A stretch of 63,651 bases of DNA, the filler included, from Octopus bimaculoides (lineage: Eukaryota), in NCBI RefSeq assembly GCF_001194135.2. It is 7 parts of 6 records of this genome, joined end to end, with 100 filler letters (N's around TTAATTAATTAA, not from the genome) between each part and the next. Parts side by side here need not be neighbours in the genome. Positions count along the whole stretch, not along the records: positions 10,909 to 17,660 come from NC_068998.1; positions 17,761 to 22,782 come from NC_068985.1; positions 22,883 to 49,630 come from NC_068983.1; 4 more parts are not named here. One strand, written 5' to 3'. The notes under the pieces are model-generated. The model was given only the letters and a program-made list of their open reading frames with translations, had not been told where the DNA came from and searched no databases. Below, piece after piece: positions 13,097 through 26,350 of this stretch. The position numbers and the translations under genes were made by a program. Numbering within the stretch: the stretch's first letter is position 1; every line of letters starts with the position of its first letter.

Positions 13097-13779
13097 TTTT
13101 CGGTGCAAAATGCACTCTTGTTTACATCGCTAGCAGGGAGATAAATTTTTGCACCAAAAAGCCAATATGAGAGTGTTTCTCATGGCAACTACTGCAGTAA
13201 AGTTTGTCCTAATAGAAAATCCACGGTTAAGTGGGGATAAATATTATCTCTGTCGCTAATATATATAAAATTCAGATTACAGAATGTTTGAAAGTTCCAG
13301 TATTCGAAAGACCGAATTTTGAAATATTTTTGGCGAGAATATTGAAATAAGCCTGAACCGCACCACCACCACCACCACTTATTTACAGTTTTAAAAGAGA
13401 GGTTATTCGAGAAATGCATTATAATATATTTATTTTTATATTACAATATATTTATTTTTATATATATTTTAGAAAGAAATGGGTAATTTTAAAAATGATG
13501 TTTATATGAGAAACTTATTTATTCCTTCTCATGATGCTACCAGCGAATAAATATTTTAGGGGAAAGTAAGGGGAGAAATTATCTTAAAAACAGTTATTTA
13601 CAGTTTTAAAATGGAGTTATTTGAGAAACACATTATGACGTTTGCTTTTATAGTCTGATATACCAAAATAACAAAAGTAAGCGAGATGCTGGGAATATAT
13701 TTACTTACCAAACAACAACAGCACTGGAAATTGGAATAGAGTGTCCAGTAGAACAACAACAACAACAACAGCAACAATG

Positions 13780-13855
<76 letters not shown>

Positions 13856-14200
13856 NNNNNNNNNNNNNNNNNNNNNNNNNNNNNNNNNNNNNNNNNNNNN
13901 NNNNNNNNNNNNNNNNNNNNNNNNNNNNNNNNNNNNNNNNNNNNNNNNNNNNNNNNNNNNNNNNNNNNNNNNNNNNNNNNNNNNNNNNNNNNNNNNNNNN
14001 NNNNNNNNNNNNNNNNNNNNNNNNNNNNNNNNNNNNNNNNNNNNNNNNNNNNNNNNNNNNNNNNNNNNNNNNNNNNNNNNNNNNNNNNNNNNNNNNNNNN
14101 NNNNNNNNNATCTCGTGTGTCTTCCACAGGTTCAAAAAATAGACACACGAGATGTCGAAATATCGTTCACTTGATAACAATGGCACTCTTCTATTTTTGC

Positions 14201-14258
<58 letters not shown>

Positions 14259-14259
<1 letters not shown>

Positions 14260-15160
14260 GCTAAAGGAGATGGACAGGAAGTTAAAAAAGCCTATAGATG
14301 AAGAGAGCAACTGGAGGAAGAGGACTGATAACTCTAACCAAAACCTAAAAGTAATTGATAAAATCTGCTTTGCACTCAAGTATACAATTTCAGCTAATGA
14401 TGTTGATATTACAGATCTCAACCACCTGTACTATGCATCTGCGAAGATTTCAAAAATTCTATGTGGTGAAAAGATTAGAAAACGGCAACACTCCTACAAA
14501 AAGCCTACTTGACAAGAGCGTACTCAACACCAATTCAGCTACGTAGGTCTGCCATAAGATTTTAAAACCTTAAGTTTGACAAGACTATCAAACCAACAAA
14601 GATCCGAAAAATTAAAGAAAAAGTATATGAAAACCATACATGACATCGATACCACTACAGAAACTATCAAGCAAAAGGTATGTGGTAAAGCTGACCGCAT
14701 AGCACGGTATGAAAAGCGCGTTAGATTCTTCAAGGACAACAACATATTCAAAAATAACCCATAAAATGTTTACAGGAAGATAGGGAAAATACCAGTTACA
14801 GTAAAGTCTGTCCCATCAAAAAAAGAAGTGTAGGAATTTTGGAATAAAATTTGGGCAGTAGAAAAAACACACAATAAAAAGGTCCCTGGGGTTGATAAAA
14901 TATCTACTAACTTAGACTCCCTAGAAATGCAAACGTGGGAGGGTATCAAGGGAGCGGATGTAAGATCTGCTCTCAGGACGTCAAGCAAAACTTTACAACA
15001 ATGTTTTGCAACAACCTAGGATGATTCCTTCTTGGCTAGTTAATGATGTTACATTTCTCCATCCAAAAGCTGAAGAAACAAATGAACCAAAATATTATAG
15101 ACCCGTAACCTGCTTAACAACAATGTGTAAAATACTAACATCTGCCTTGAGTGAATATAC
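14259..15160 (+). mobile_element. R4/Dong-like LINE fragment (N-terminal region to RT start) between (TAA)n and (CAA/TAA)n tracts
   Basis: DITDLNHLYYASA, KQKVCGKADRIARYEKR...NNIFKNNP, EFWNKIW and YRPVTCLTTMCKILT. Confidence 0.8.
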
Positions 15161-15205
15161 CTATAGTATATAACAACAAGAACAACAACAACAACAATAA
15201 TAATA

Positions 15206-16012
15206 AGTTAGAGCTGGTGTTGTAAATATTGTGACCCTTTACATGAAAATCTCAACTAAACCGTCTCATGAAGCAAACCCAGTAGAAAATGACTTTCATT
15301 CGTTGTAATGATGATAACTAATGCCCATCCAGATAACGGTGCAAACGGGAAGACTCCCTTGGGTGTCCAAGACATCGGAGTTCACGTACCCGGCAGTGGC
15401 CCTTCAGAGAGCAACGGAATGGAAGACCAGACTCCACCTGGTCGTGGTCTCTTTACTGGTCAAAATACGCAACGTGCTTGCAAATGCAAGTGGTCTGCCG
15501 ATTTAAAAAAAAAAAAGAAGCAATTATCATGAACAAGTCTTGCTAGACAAGAGCAATGGTAAATGTAAAGCTGTCGGGAAAATGCACAAGAACTTTGGAA
15601 CCAACTAGGTAGGTTCCAGATTACTGAAAATGGGCTCATGAATCAAATAACAACGATTCGGTATAGAAGCTTTCTTAATGAAACCCAAATTCAGACAATC
15701 AGAGAAAAGCCTCTGTAGTGATGGTAATCTCGAGCAGGATAATGTAGGTGAAGATCAGCAGGTGAACAGACAAAGTGAAGGTGTAGTAGAGGAGAGGATC
15801 TTGCGTGGAAAAATGGGAAGGAATCAGTATAATGTAGAGGACTCTATTACCAGAGGATATTAGTGAGGAACAGAGGGACACTTTAGAGGAAATGCATGCA
15901 TACAGCGTAGGGTACTGTCTGTCTGAGGTCCTAGTTGTGACTTGACAGACAGTATAATCTCCTGTACATACAAGCTATAACAAGATATTGGGTATTGTGC
16001 GACGTCTTCAAT
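15206..16012 (+). mobile_element. Internally deleted R4/Dong-like element (5' region fused to 3' UTR, SIDE-like)
   Basis: 15607-15882 matches the reverse complement of 1620-1855; 15892-16012 matches 4423-4553. It is flanked by TAA/CAA repeats. Confidence 0.7.
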
Positions 16013-16039
16013 AATAATAACAACAATAGGGCCTTTGAT

Positions 16040-17000
16040 CGAAAATTATGCGCAGGAAAGAGGCATAAAATTAAAAATTGGAAACTATCAGAATCATAGG
16101 TAGTTGAAAAAGTAATAAGGCTATCAGATTTAGGGGGAGATGGTTAATCGATTTCATTGAATCCATTACTCGACTGGTACTTTATTTTTTCCGATCCTGA
16201 AAAAGCGAAAGGCAAAGTTAATCTCGGTAATATTAGAACTCAGAAAGTAAAGAATCGGAAGAAATGCCGCGAAGCATTTCGTCCAACGGGCTGTCGATTC
16301 TGCCAGCTTGTCGATTGAAAAAGTAATAATAGCTCTAAGAAAGTAAAATGCTGTCAGGGATATCAACAGGCAGATTTTGCAGTAACCTGTTGAGGGCCAT
16401 TGCAACAAGTCACAGTCCCTGATTCACGTCAAGATCGACACAGCTTCTAAATTTTCTGGAATGCCTATGTGTGCTACCAGCCACATTGTTTGAAGTTGGA
16501 ACACCTATTATACGCCTTCGTACCCAAGACTAACTGTTAAGAATTCCATGTACTATGTTATATATTACAGATGATGGTGTATTCATTAAACAAATGCTAT
16601 CATTCTTACTAAAAAGATATCCCAGTTGAAAATGTTCGAAATCCTATTAACTTTAGCTTCATAATGTCCGTCAACAAATCCCAAGGTCAGATGTTGAAGA
16701 TAGATGGAATGAAGCCAGAGGAGTTCTACTGCTTTTAAGGACATGTACTGGAATCCGGAGCGAACTTTATGACAATACTCAACGTAGAAAAACTAAGAAT
16801 ATTTATCATGAAATCCTTCGTTAATGTTTGTCTATGTTTTGCCTGATACAAAAGTTGGGTTTTTTTTTAACTGTTACAAAAAATATCAATGTCGAATTTC
16901 AATTAATGCATTTCTGCAGAATTAACATGATTCTTTCTTCGAGAATTTGGTAACCAACTGAATCGCCTGTTTCACAAATAACTGTCGGGTATCCTGCTAA
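16040..17000 (+). mobile_element. Helitron 3' remnant (PIF1-like helicase C-terminus plus CTRR end), interrupted by a SINE
   Basis: FIMSVNKSQGQMLK (helicase motif, AMSINKSQGQ-like); GTPIIRLR-like and KTKNIY-like segments; terminal GTCGGGTATCCTGCTAA|T at 17000. Confidence 0.75.
16119..16314 (-). mobile_element. tRNA-derived SINE (family B) with a 15-bp TSD
   Basis: TSD TTGAAAAAGTAATAA at 16104-16118 and 16315-16329; body homologous to 33503-33732. Confidence 0.8.
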
Positions 17001-17457
17001 TATTTATATATTTATATATGGAAGAGTACGCACTCACACTTACACACTTACGTACACCCGACAGCGGTGTTACGTGAATACATGATAATATAAATACCCA
17101 TACGTACAATATGAAAAACACAAACATACACAAGCGACACACACGCACAGGAAGATATACATATAGACATAAGCAGACAATATATTAAATATATAGCTAA
17201 TCAACAGAATAAACCAGCGTTGTAGCAAACTGTACATCTCACCACTATCGCTCTTTAAGATAGCGGTAGCTCATTGTATGAAATTGTTTTCAATGAGTGA
17301 GAAGAGACTGGTGTCTTTCTGTCACTGATGAATGCTGCATTGTCAGTGAATATTATATTCACACTTGACAATGACAAGTTCGTTCAAGAAACAGAGAATT
17401 CGAGACAGCCATTTTCATGTCGATCTCCAAGTTTTGAACAGATAAAAATTATACACT

Positions 17458-17600
17458 GACGCAAGCATGGCTTTGTGGTTAGGAAGCCAACTTGAGAATC
17501 AATCTTTTTCTGATTGAGTCCTTCGGCGCAGCACCTTGGATGAGTGTCCTTAGTGACTTGTGAGTGAAATTGGTGTAGAGAAACTGTACAGAAGACTGTC

Positions 17601-17602
<2 letters not shown>
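17458..17602 (+). mobile_element. Diverged family-A SINE head running into (TA)n
   Basis: GCATGGCTTTGTGGTT...GCACCTTGGATGAGTGTC...GAAACTGTACAGAAGACTGTCGT. Confidence 0.6.
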
Positions 17603-17652
<50 letters not shown>

Positions 17653-17760
17653 ATATATATNNNNNNNNNNNNNNNNNNNNNNNNNNNNNNNNNNNNNNNN
17701 NNNNTTAATTAATTAANNNNNNNNNNNNNNNNNNNNNNNNNNNNNNNNNNNNNNNNNNNN

Positions 17761-17821
<61 letters not shown>

Positions 17822-18283
17822 CAATCGACCACACTTAAATTATTGCTCTGAACTAATTGAAATATTTCAACCAATCATCTTATTTATTTAATTTAATTGT
17901 AATTAAATTTAATTATAATTTTATTAATTTAATATCTATATGAAACAAAGTTAAAATGGCGTTCTCAGAAGTAACACATAGTCCGTATTTTTCCATAGTT
18001 CCAGAATTTATGCAGACAGGATCCCTCCCTATTAAACTAGTCACTATTGTACTGTATCTGCATTTTCTCCTTAAACCGAATCTGTATCGAAAAGATATGT
18101 AGTAGATTAAAAATAATATAAAGGGTTGTTATGTTCTGCTGAAAAAAGATTGCTCCCGCCAGTATGGCCGAAAACAATGACTAAAATTAATAAAAGTATA
18201 AATCCCAGAAACCATAGCTTCTACAATAAATCTCCGACAATTTTTCTCTGTTCTCTCTCTCTCTATCTTTCTCTCTCTCTCTA

Positions 18284-18340
<57 letters not shown>

Positions 18341-18349
18341 GTTTCTATC

Positions 18350-18400
<51 letters not shown>

Positions 18401-18978
18401 TGCATATACACATACACACAAACTATTTATCTATCTATTTATTTATCTATCTATCTATCTATCTATCTATCTCTAGTCAAAGACATTTGCTAAAAGTATT
18501 TAGTTATTCTACTTTTCCCTCGGTGAAACAAACTGTATTAGAATATATACTTATTATATTTCTTCATAACGTTCTTTTTGTACGCGTTCACCTACTGGAG
18601 ATATTTCCTTACTTCACTTTGATTTTACCCCATTTTGGATTGCTGTGCTAACGTGGTGTTAGCATATATTTTTGCGAATATTAATTTGACTAGTATTTCA
18701 TATCTTTTCTTTCTGTCAAAATATAGTGGCGCAATAGAAACAATCGTCGTTTATGTATGGTGTAATCATCAATAAATGATGTGATTTTCTCCATTCTTAT
18801 TCTTATTCTTGCGAATTCTTTGAAATATTTCTAAGCAATATCTGGATTTACTTGTCATACATTCAATGTAAATTCAGCTTGCGTTTATTGCCTTCTGATT
18901 GTTTGATATAGTTAACCAAGATCGTTTAACCCTGAGAGCTTTCTAGATAACTGCCTAGATTTATTAATCCTTTTACTT

Positions 18979-19182
18979 GAGCTAGCAGAATCGATAGCAC
19001 GCTGGACAAATTGCGTAGCCGTATTTCGTCTGCCGCTACTTTCTATATTCAAAATTCGGCCACTGTTAACTTTGCATTTCATCCTTTCGGAGTCGATTAA
19101 ATACGTACCAGTCACTCACTGGGGTCGATGAAATCGACTTAATCCCTTCCCTCAAATTTAAGGCCTTGTACCTACATTAGAA

Positions 19183-19183
<1 letters not shown>
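18979..19183 (+). mobile_element. SINE family B with an (ATT)n tail
   Basis: GAGCTAGCAGAATCG...CATCCTTTCGGAGTCGAT...CTGGGGTCGATGAAATCGAC, then (ATT/GTT)n. Confidence 0.8.
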
Positions 19184-19215
<32 letters not shown>

Positions 19216-19491
19216 GTTGTTGTTGTTGTTGTTGTCGTTGTTGTTGTTAATATTACTTGTATTGTATATTTTGTGTCTACATATATATATATCTATATAT
19301 ATCTGTAGCGTCTCCTATTATTATAAACAGACATACACTCGTAGATAGGTACGTGCATACATGTGTGTGTTGATGTAAATAGATAGATAGATAGATATAT
19401 ATGCATACATATACGCACATACATACACATACATAGACACACACACACACACATATATATATACTTGCATACACACATGCAAACACATAAA

Positions 19492-19525
<34 letters not shown>

Positions 19526-20121
19526 CATAAAGACATGCATATATATATGCGTATATGCGTGTGTGTATCTATATATGGGGACAGATTATAAACATAGATA
19601 TAGAGGAATACATGTACACACACATACATACACACACACATACACACATATATGTACAAGCTTCCACTTGCGAAAACATCTATCTGCATACGAATATATG
19701 CATATGTATATACAGGTATAAAGATATATGTGCATGTGTATCCTTGCATGTTTATGTATGTATGTATGTATGTATGTATGTATGTATGTATGTATGTATG
19801 TGTGCATGTGCGACTGTGTGTATGTGTATGCGTGTGGGTGCGCGCTTTTGTGAAGGGATTATTGTCGAGAAAAGAGGAAATTTGAGAGTCATTGATACTT
19901 TGTACAAGAATAAAAGCAGGCGATACTTATAAAACAAAGGAGAGATAAAAAGACATGGAATTAAACCAACTCAAACTGTCTGAAGAGAGAGTTAAGAATT
20001 AAAGGAAAGATCAAAAGATTTTATTCCCCCAAAAAATATATTAATAGATAAATAAAGATTTGAAAAGCAAATTTTTCACTTATTCGCTTTCATTGAGTCC
20101 ACCTACTCTTCTTGTGAGTGC

Positions 20122-20169
<48 letters not shown>

Positions 20170-20596
20170 GTATGTATATGTATGTTTGTATCTGTATGTG
20201 TGTGTGTTGGGGATGTCTGTGTTTGGTCTTATGTGAAGTTATATATGAACAGTTTGATATTAAAGAGAATTACTCAATACTTTTTTAACAGAGTACGTAT
20301 TAAGTAATTTTTACAAAGAAAAAGTTGACAGCGAGCAAACTGAAACAAACTTCGAAGTTACTGTCAGTATATACCTTGTAAAATATATATGTACATATAT
20401 ATGTGTGTATATTAATGTGTCTGTGTATATATATGAATATGTATATACATATATATGTGTGTGTGTGTGTGTGTGTGTATTTATATGCATAAACATATAC
20501 ACATATATTTACATATTCATATTTATATATATGTATATGTATATATACGTACACATATATACTGTATGTGTGTGTATATATTTCTCTCTCTCTTCT

Positions 20597-20641
<45 letters not shown>

Positions 20642-20651
20642 NNNNNNNNNN

Positions 20652-20692
<41 letters not shown>

Positions 20693-20769
20693 CGATCTAT
20701 CAACACACACACACAAACAAATACATCTATATGTATATGTATATCGCTCGTTCGATCGATCGATCGATC

Positions 20770-20816
<47 letters not shown>

Positions 20817-21326
20817 GGATAGATAGATAGATAGATAGATGGATGGATGGGTGGATGGCTGGATGGATGGATGGATGGATGGATGGATGGATGGATGGAT
20901 GGATGGATGGATAGACAGTCAGACGGACAGATGACGTGTATATATTAGTTTTCCTTCTGTTNNNNNNNNNNNNNNNNNNNNNNNNNNNNNNNNNNNNNNN
21001 NNNNNNNNNNNNNNNNNNNNNNNNNNNNNNNNNNNNNNNNNNNNNNNNNNNNNNNNNNNNNNNNNNNNNNNNNNNNNNNNNNNNNNNNNNNNNNNNNNNN
21101 NNNNNNNNNNNNNNNNNNNNNNNNNNNNNNNNNNNNNNNNNNNNNNNNNNNNNNNNNNNNNNNNNNNNNNNNNNNNNNNNNNNNNNNNNNNNNNNNNNNN
21201 NNNNNNNNNNNNNNNNNNNNNNNNNNNNNNNNNNNNNNNNNNNNNNNNNNNNNNNNNNNNNNNNNNNNNNNNNNNNNNNNNNNNNNNNNNNNNNNNNNNN
21301 NNNNNNNNNNNNNNNNNNNNNNNNNN

Positions 21327-21383
<57 letters not shown>

Positions 21384-21487
21384 TGTGTATGTGTGTGTGT
21401 GCGTGCGTGCATGTTTGGGTCTGTATCTGTGAGTGTATATATCACACACACATACACACGCACACAAACAAACAAAGTGTTTCATTA

Positions 21488-21582
21488 CGTGGCAACTTGA
21501 GCAAGTGTCTTATAATATAAACCCAGGGCTGATTCAGGCCTTGTGAGTGGATTTGGTAGACGGAAATTGAAAGAGGCCCGTC
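21488..21582 (+). mobile_element. Family-A SINE head fragment
   Basis: CTTGAGCAAGTGTCTT...CCTTGTGAGTGGATTTGGTAGACGGAAA. Confidence 0.7.
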
Positions 21583-21599
21583 GACCGAAATATACAGAA

Positions 21600-22680
21600 T
21601 GATCAAAAGTAAAAGATAATCAAAGTCCCTCAAAAAATTCCTCACAAGTGTTAAATTACTTTCCACAATTCCTAGACGAACAGTCAAAGAAGTGTGGTCT
21701 CCCCAGTTGTGGGACTTGCATCAACCTTATTGAAGACACAACGTACAAATTCAAACCAGAACAGATATTTTTACCGTAAAAAATCATTTTACGTGTTCTA
21801 CAAGGAATTCAATATACGCTATCAAATGTCAAGGATGTAATGAAGATTAGACAGGTGAAACAAAACTTACTCGAAGAAATAGACTGACCATTCACCGACA
21901 ACAAATACGAGACCCCAGTACTAGATAGATTCCACTGAGTGGACACATAGACATATGTGCAAAAAAAACAAGTCACCCAAATTCCAGGTCTTCCCCACTG
22001 TACCTATGTTCAGTGGACACTACAGATGGAGCGCGGATAAACAAAGAAAATACTTCCATACGTACAGAAATAACTATTCACATACAAAACTCATTCTACC
22101 ATACAAAACTCATTCTACAACCTAATATACGCTATCAAATATCAACCTAAACTTTAACCATTAGACTACACACAAATGACTCCTGTCCGCTCTCCCGTAA
22201 GACATTAAATTTCGTATGCCTTGATTGTAACTAAACAAGTTCACTCAGCTGTGTCGGCCTTCATTTTAAGCGAAAAATATACTGTCACGTGACACTAACG
22301 CACGGACAGAGCAGGAAGCGCATATATTCATTCTCTACAAGCACTTAACAGGAAACATACAGTGCATTGATTGTTTGGCACTGCCACAAGACATGTTCAG
22401 TCAATCGTGTCAGTTTTAACTTACGACGCTAAACATTGTCACTTGGTACTAACACACGGACGTAGCGGGAATCCTAAAAAAATTTTGAAGCCCAATCATG
22501 TGACTATCTACCAATCAAATTCTATTGAAAACACATTAATTTGAGCCATGAACTCCCTACACAAAAACTAGTCAGAAGCAAGACAGTTGCGACATAAGCC
22601 ACGTCCTTCTATTTTAACATTTTGAAAATCAGAGTGAACTGTGAAACCGGTTAAATCTTTAAATATATTAATAAAAAATA
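21600..22680 (+). mobile_element. Penelope-like element 3' remnant with GIY-YIG endonuclease and a degenerate terminal hammerhead-like motif
   Basis: KCGLPSCGTC, then a frameshifted NSIYAIKCQGCNED*TGET...RLTIHRQQIR...HIDIC (CxxC plus GIY-YIG); GAAACCGGTT at 22643-22652. Confidence 0.8.
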
Positions 22681-24134
22681 TTTTAACTATTCTCAGAGCA
22701 TTTTCAACTTTTATTTTTCATATATTTCTGCCCGTCTCGAATAAAATAACTTTATTTTCTCTCTATCTCTCTCTTTCTCTCTNNNNNNNNNNNNNNNNNN
22801 NNNNNNNNNNNNNNNNNNNNNNNNNNTTAATTAATTAANNNNNNNNNNNNNNNNNNNNNNNNNNNNNNNNNNNNNNNNNNNNAGTTGTTGAATAATATTC
22901 TTAAGGTCGCAATTTACTCACATGCAGCATCTTTCAGAGTTTGTCGCTAATTCAGTTCTTAACCAAATGGAAAACTGTTAACATTTTTGAAGAGGACTGG
23001 TCCTTAGTCATATTTCGGCATAAGAAATTGAGATTTGATCCAGTAGAAAAGAGTTTACATCAGAATTTTGATGTAAACTTTATAGGCGAGTAAGTAACGC
23101 CTCCAATCAAGTTTAGATCTAAATAACTTCTTTATTTTAAAAGCAAGATATATTTAGCTTAGCTTCATTCATAGAAGAAAACATGAAGAATTTCATAGTT
23201 TTGATCCCATGCAACAAAAATTTGTATCAATAAAGTTGTGAGGTAAAATATCATGAAAAAAATATAAGGAAGGCAAAAAATTGGATTTAAGTGTAATTAA
23301 CTTTTTTATTTTAAAAGCAAACTATATTTTAATTAAACTTAAATGATTGAGCTCAATTCGAGGAATCTCATGGTATTAATCTCATGCAATGAAGTTTTAA
23401 AACAAAAAAGTTATGAGTGTTTGTTTCTCAAATTTGAGGGTGATAATATAGTTCTATACTTTTTAATTAGCATAATAGCATAGCCTGGAAAAAAACATGG
23501 ATTTCGTGGAAAATGTGAGCAAGAGAAATAATATTCTTAAGATTCTTCTGGAAAGTTACAGAAGTTATTAGGCTTGGAAAAGTTCGGGACAAGAACATTT
23601 TTACTTAAAATATTGCAGCCAAGGATATTGAATATTAAAAATTATTTGATTTTAATTTAGGGAGTAACATTATAATTAAAAAAGTACCATCATTTTGAAA
23701 AAATATTGAAACTATAACATTTAAAAAATGAGAGCCAGAAGTGCCAATATAGCTAAAGTTTTATGCAAAGTAAAATAGTATATATATATGGTAGGCATTG
23801 GGTCAAGATTAAAAATGTGAAGACTTGGCAATAACTTACTGTGAAATTGTTGTTATAGGTAGATTTTACAGTAATATATAACTAATTTTTGTATTATTCT
23901 ATTTATTGTACTAACTAATTATGTACTACTATTATTTTTTATAACCAATTTTCGAATTTCTAATTATTAAATAATTTTAAAATGAATTTTTTAAGGTGCA
24001 AATTTTTTTTAGTTATTTTTATATTTTTAATAGAACAAGTAATAACTTGTAACAAAATTTTTAGTTTTAATAAAAGCTAATATTTTCTAAATCTAAATAT
24101 TTTATTTGAAATTTTATCCTTCAGCTGCAATATT

Positions 24135-24418
24135 TTAATTAAAAATTTTCTTGTTCTGTACTTTACCAGATGTAACTACTAGTCCTGAACTTTTCCAAGT
24201 GTAAGAACTTCTCCTGTACTTTTCCAGATTTATAATCTTAAGAATATTATTTCTCTTGTTCGAATTTTTCCACAGATACAATATCCTTACGCATATCTCA
24301 CGTCTGTTCTCATTCCTCCAATTTACTGTGTATTTCACATCTTCTTTATAATAACTATTTACTTAAACATTTTCTCGCACCGTCTCTGACGAAGGGACAT
24401 ATAACATATCCCGGAAAC

Positions 24419-24420
<2 letters not shown>
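24135..24420 (+). mobile_element. Probable Penelope-type terminal repeat fragment ending in a hammerhead-like core
   Basis: CGTCT-CTGACGA-AGGGA..TCCCG-GAAAC at 24381-24418; same layout as 42298-42346. Confidence 0.4.
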
Positions 24421-24450
<30 letters not shown>

Positions 24451-24722
24451 ATTGGTGTGTCTTGGGAGAGTCATAAAGCCCATAACAATAACACGAGCAC
24501 AGGTACAATTTCACTTCTTTATTGCTAGTCAATTGGTTAAATATCTAACTAATTAACCAATCAATTGTTTGTTTAATGAACCGGTTAAACAATCAGTCAG
24601 GAGTTTGTTAATCAAAATTCTTTCGTCACTGCTCACCACCTTCTCAATGACTCAGAAGCTTCCCCTCTTCGCTTCAAGGTGTGCTTTCTATACACAAATA
24701 AAGTACACACAAACACACACAA

Positions 24723-24759
<37 letters not shown>

Positions 24760-25987
24760 TGCACACACAAACACACTCACACACACACACACATACACAC
24801 AAATACACACACAAACACACTCACTCACACACACATACACACAAATACTCACACACACACTCATGTATATTTTATCCTTTACTTTTTATTTGCTGAAGCC
24901 ATTCTGGGCTCAAACCTGAATTTTTAGTCGAACAAATCGACCTCGACGCTTCAGTTTTAAGTCTGGTGCTTGTCCTGTTGGACACTTTTNNNNNNNNNNN
25001 NNNNNNNNNNNNNNNNNNNNNNNNNNNNNNNNNNNNNNNNNNNNNNNNNNNNNNNNNNNNNNNNNNNNNNNNNNNNNNNNNNNNNNNNNNNNNNNNNNNN
25101 NNNNNNNNNNNNNNNNNNNNNNNNNNNNNNNNNNNNNNNNNNNNNNNNNNNNNNNNNNNNNNNNNNNNNNNNNNNNNNNNNNNNNNNNNNNNNNNNNNNN
25201 NNNNNNNNNNNNNNNNNNNNNNNNNNNNNNNNNNNNNNNNNNNNNNNNNNNNNNNNNNNNNNNNNNNNNNNNNNNNNNNNNNNNNNNNNNNNNNNNNNNN
25301 NNNNNNNNNNNNNNNNNNNNNNNNNNNNNNNNNNNNNNNNNNNNNNNNNNNNNNNNNNNNNNNNNNNNNNNNNNNNNNNNNNNNNNNNNNNNNNNNNNNN
25401 NNNNNNNTATATACATATATATAGCTAGCTAGATAGATAGATAGATAGATAGATATGCAGTTAAGTATATGTCCGGTCATAGTGACCAATGGTTTCGCAT
25501 CCGTAAAGGGCTTAGCCCCATGGTCTACTCGTCAGACTCTCTCTCTCTATATATATATATATATATGAGGGGTTTCTCCGTAGTTTCCTTCTACCAAATT
25601 CACCCACAAGGTATTATTGAGTCCGCAAAGTCGGACTGAACAAGAAAACACATGGTTCGAAAGTGAAGAAAAACCGGAAGTTAAACGAATTACTTAATGG
25701 AATTAACTCAGTGTTGGTGCATTTATTTCAAATGCAATGATTCACACGAAATTAGCTGTCATTCTTTTTATGTCCTGAATTTTCAAGAAGAACTGTTATT
25801 GTTTTTTTTTTCATATTTCATATTAAAAACCCTTTTCACCCTCAAATATTCATTGCTGTTACCATTGCTTTTATCGCCCTAATTATAAAACATTTCTGCT
25901 TAAGGCCACACAACATTACGACCATGAGCCGAACACCTCAGCTACGAAGTCACACGCTTTCACCAATTCTTGGAATTAACAGATATC

Positions 25988-26350
25988 GACGCAGGCGTGG
26001 CTGTGTGATGACGAAAATTGCTTCCCAACCATGTAGTCATGGGTTCATTCCACGGCATCAACAAGTGTTTTTTACAATAGCCCCAGGCTGGCCAAAGCCT
26101 TGTGGATGAATTTGGTTGACGGAAACTGAAAAGAAGCTCATTAGATACGTGCATGTGGCACTTTTTGTTTGTGTTGTGTTGTCCAGCACTTGACAACCTA
26201 TAGTTGTTCCATCTCCGTAATTAGCGGTTTGGCAAAAGAGACCGATAGAATAAATACCAGGTTCACCAATAGATATAGGGATCAATGTGTTCGATAAAAC
26301 CCTGCAAGACAGTGCTCCAGCGTGGCCACAGTCCAATAAGTAGATAAAAG
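25988..26350 (+). mobile_element. Diverged full-length family-A SINE
   Basis: GCAGGCGTGGCTGTGTG head; CCAAAGCCTTGTGGATGAATTTGG core; AACTTAGCGG-like/GAGACCGATAGAATAA second module. Confidence 0.75.

Noticed and set aside
17321-17349. Hairpin TCACTGA-TG-AATGC-T-GCATT-G-TCAGTGA
   Set aside because: Too short for a pre-miRNA and lacks a GAAA core; expected by chance in 60 kb.
22883-24130. AT-rich block with small palindromes (for example AGTTTACATCA..TGATGTAAACT)
   Set aside because: Possibly an old DNA-transposon derivative, but I could not define termini, TSD or coding relics.
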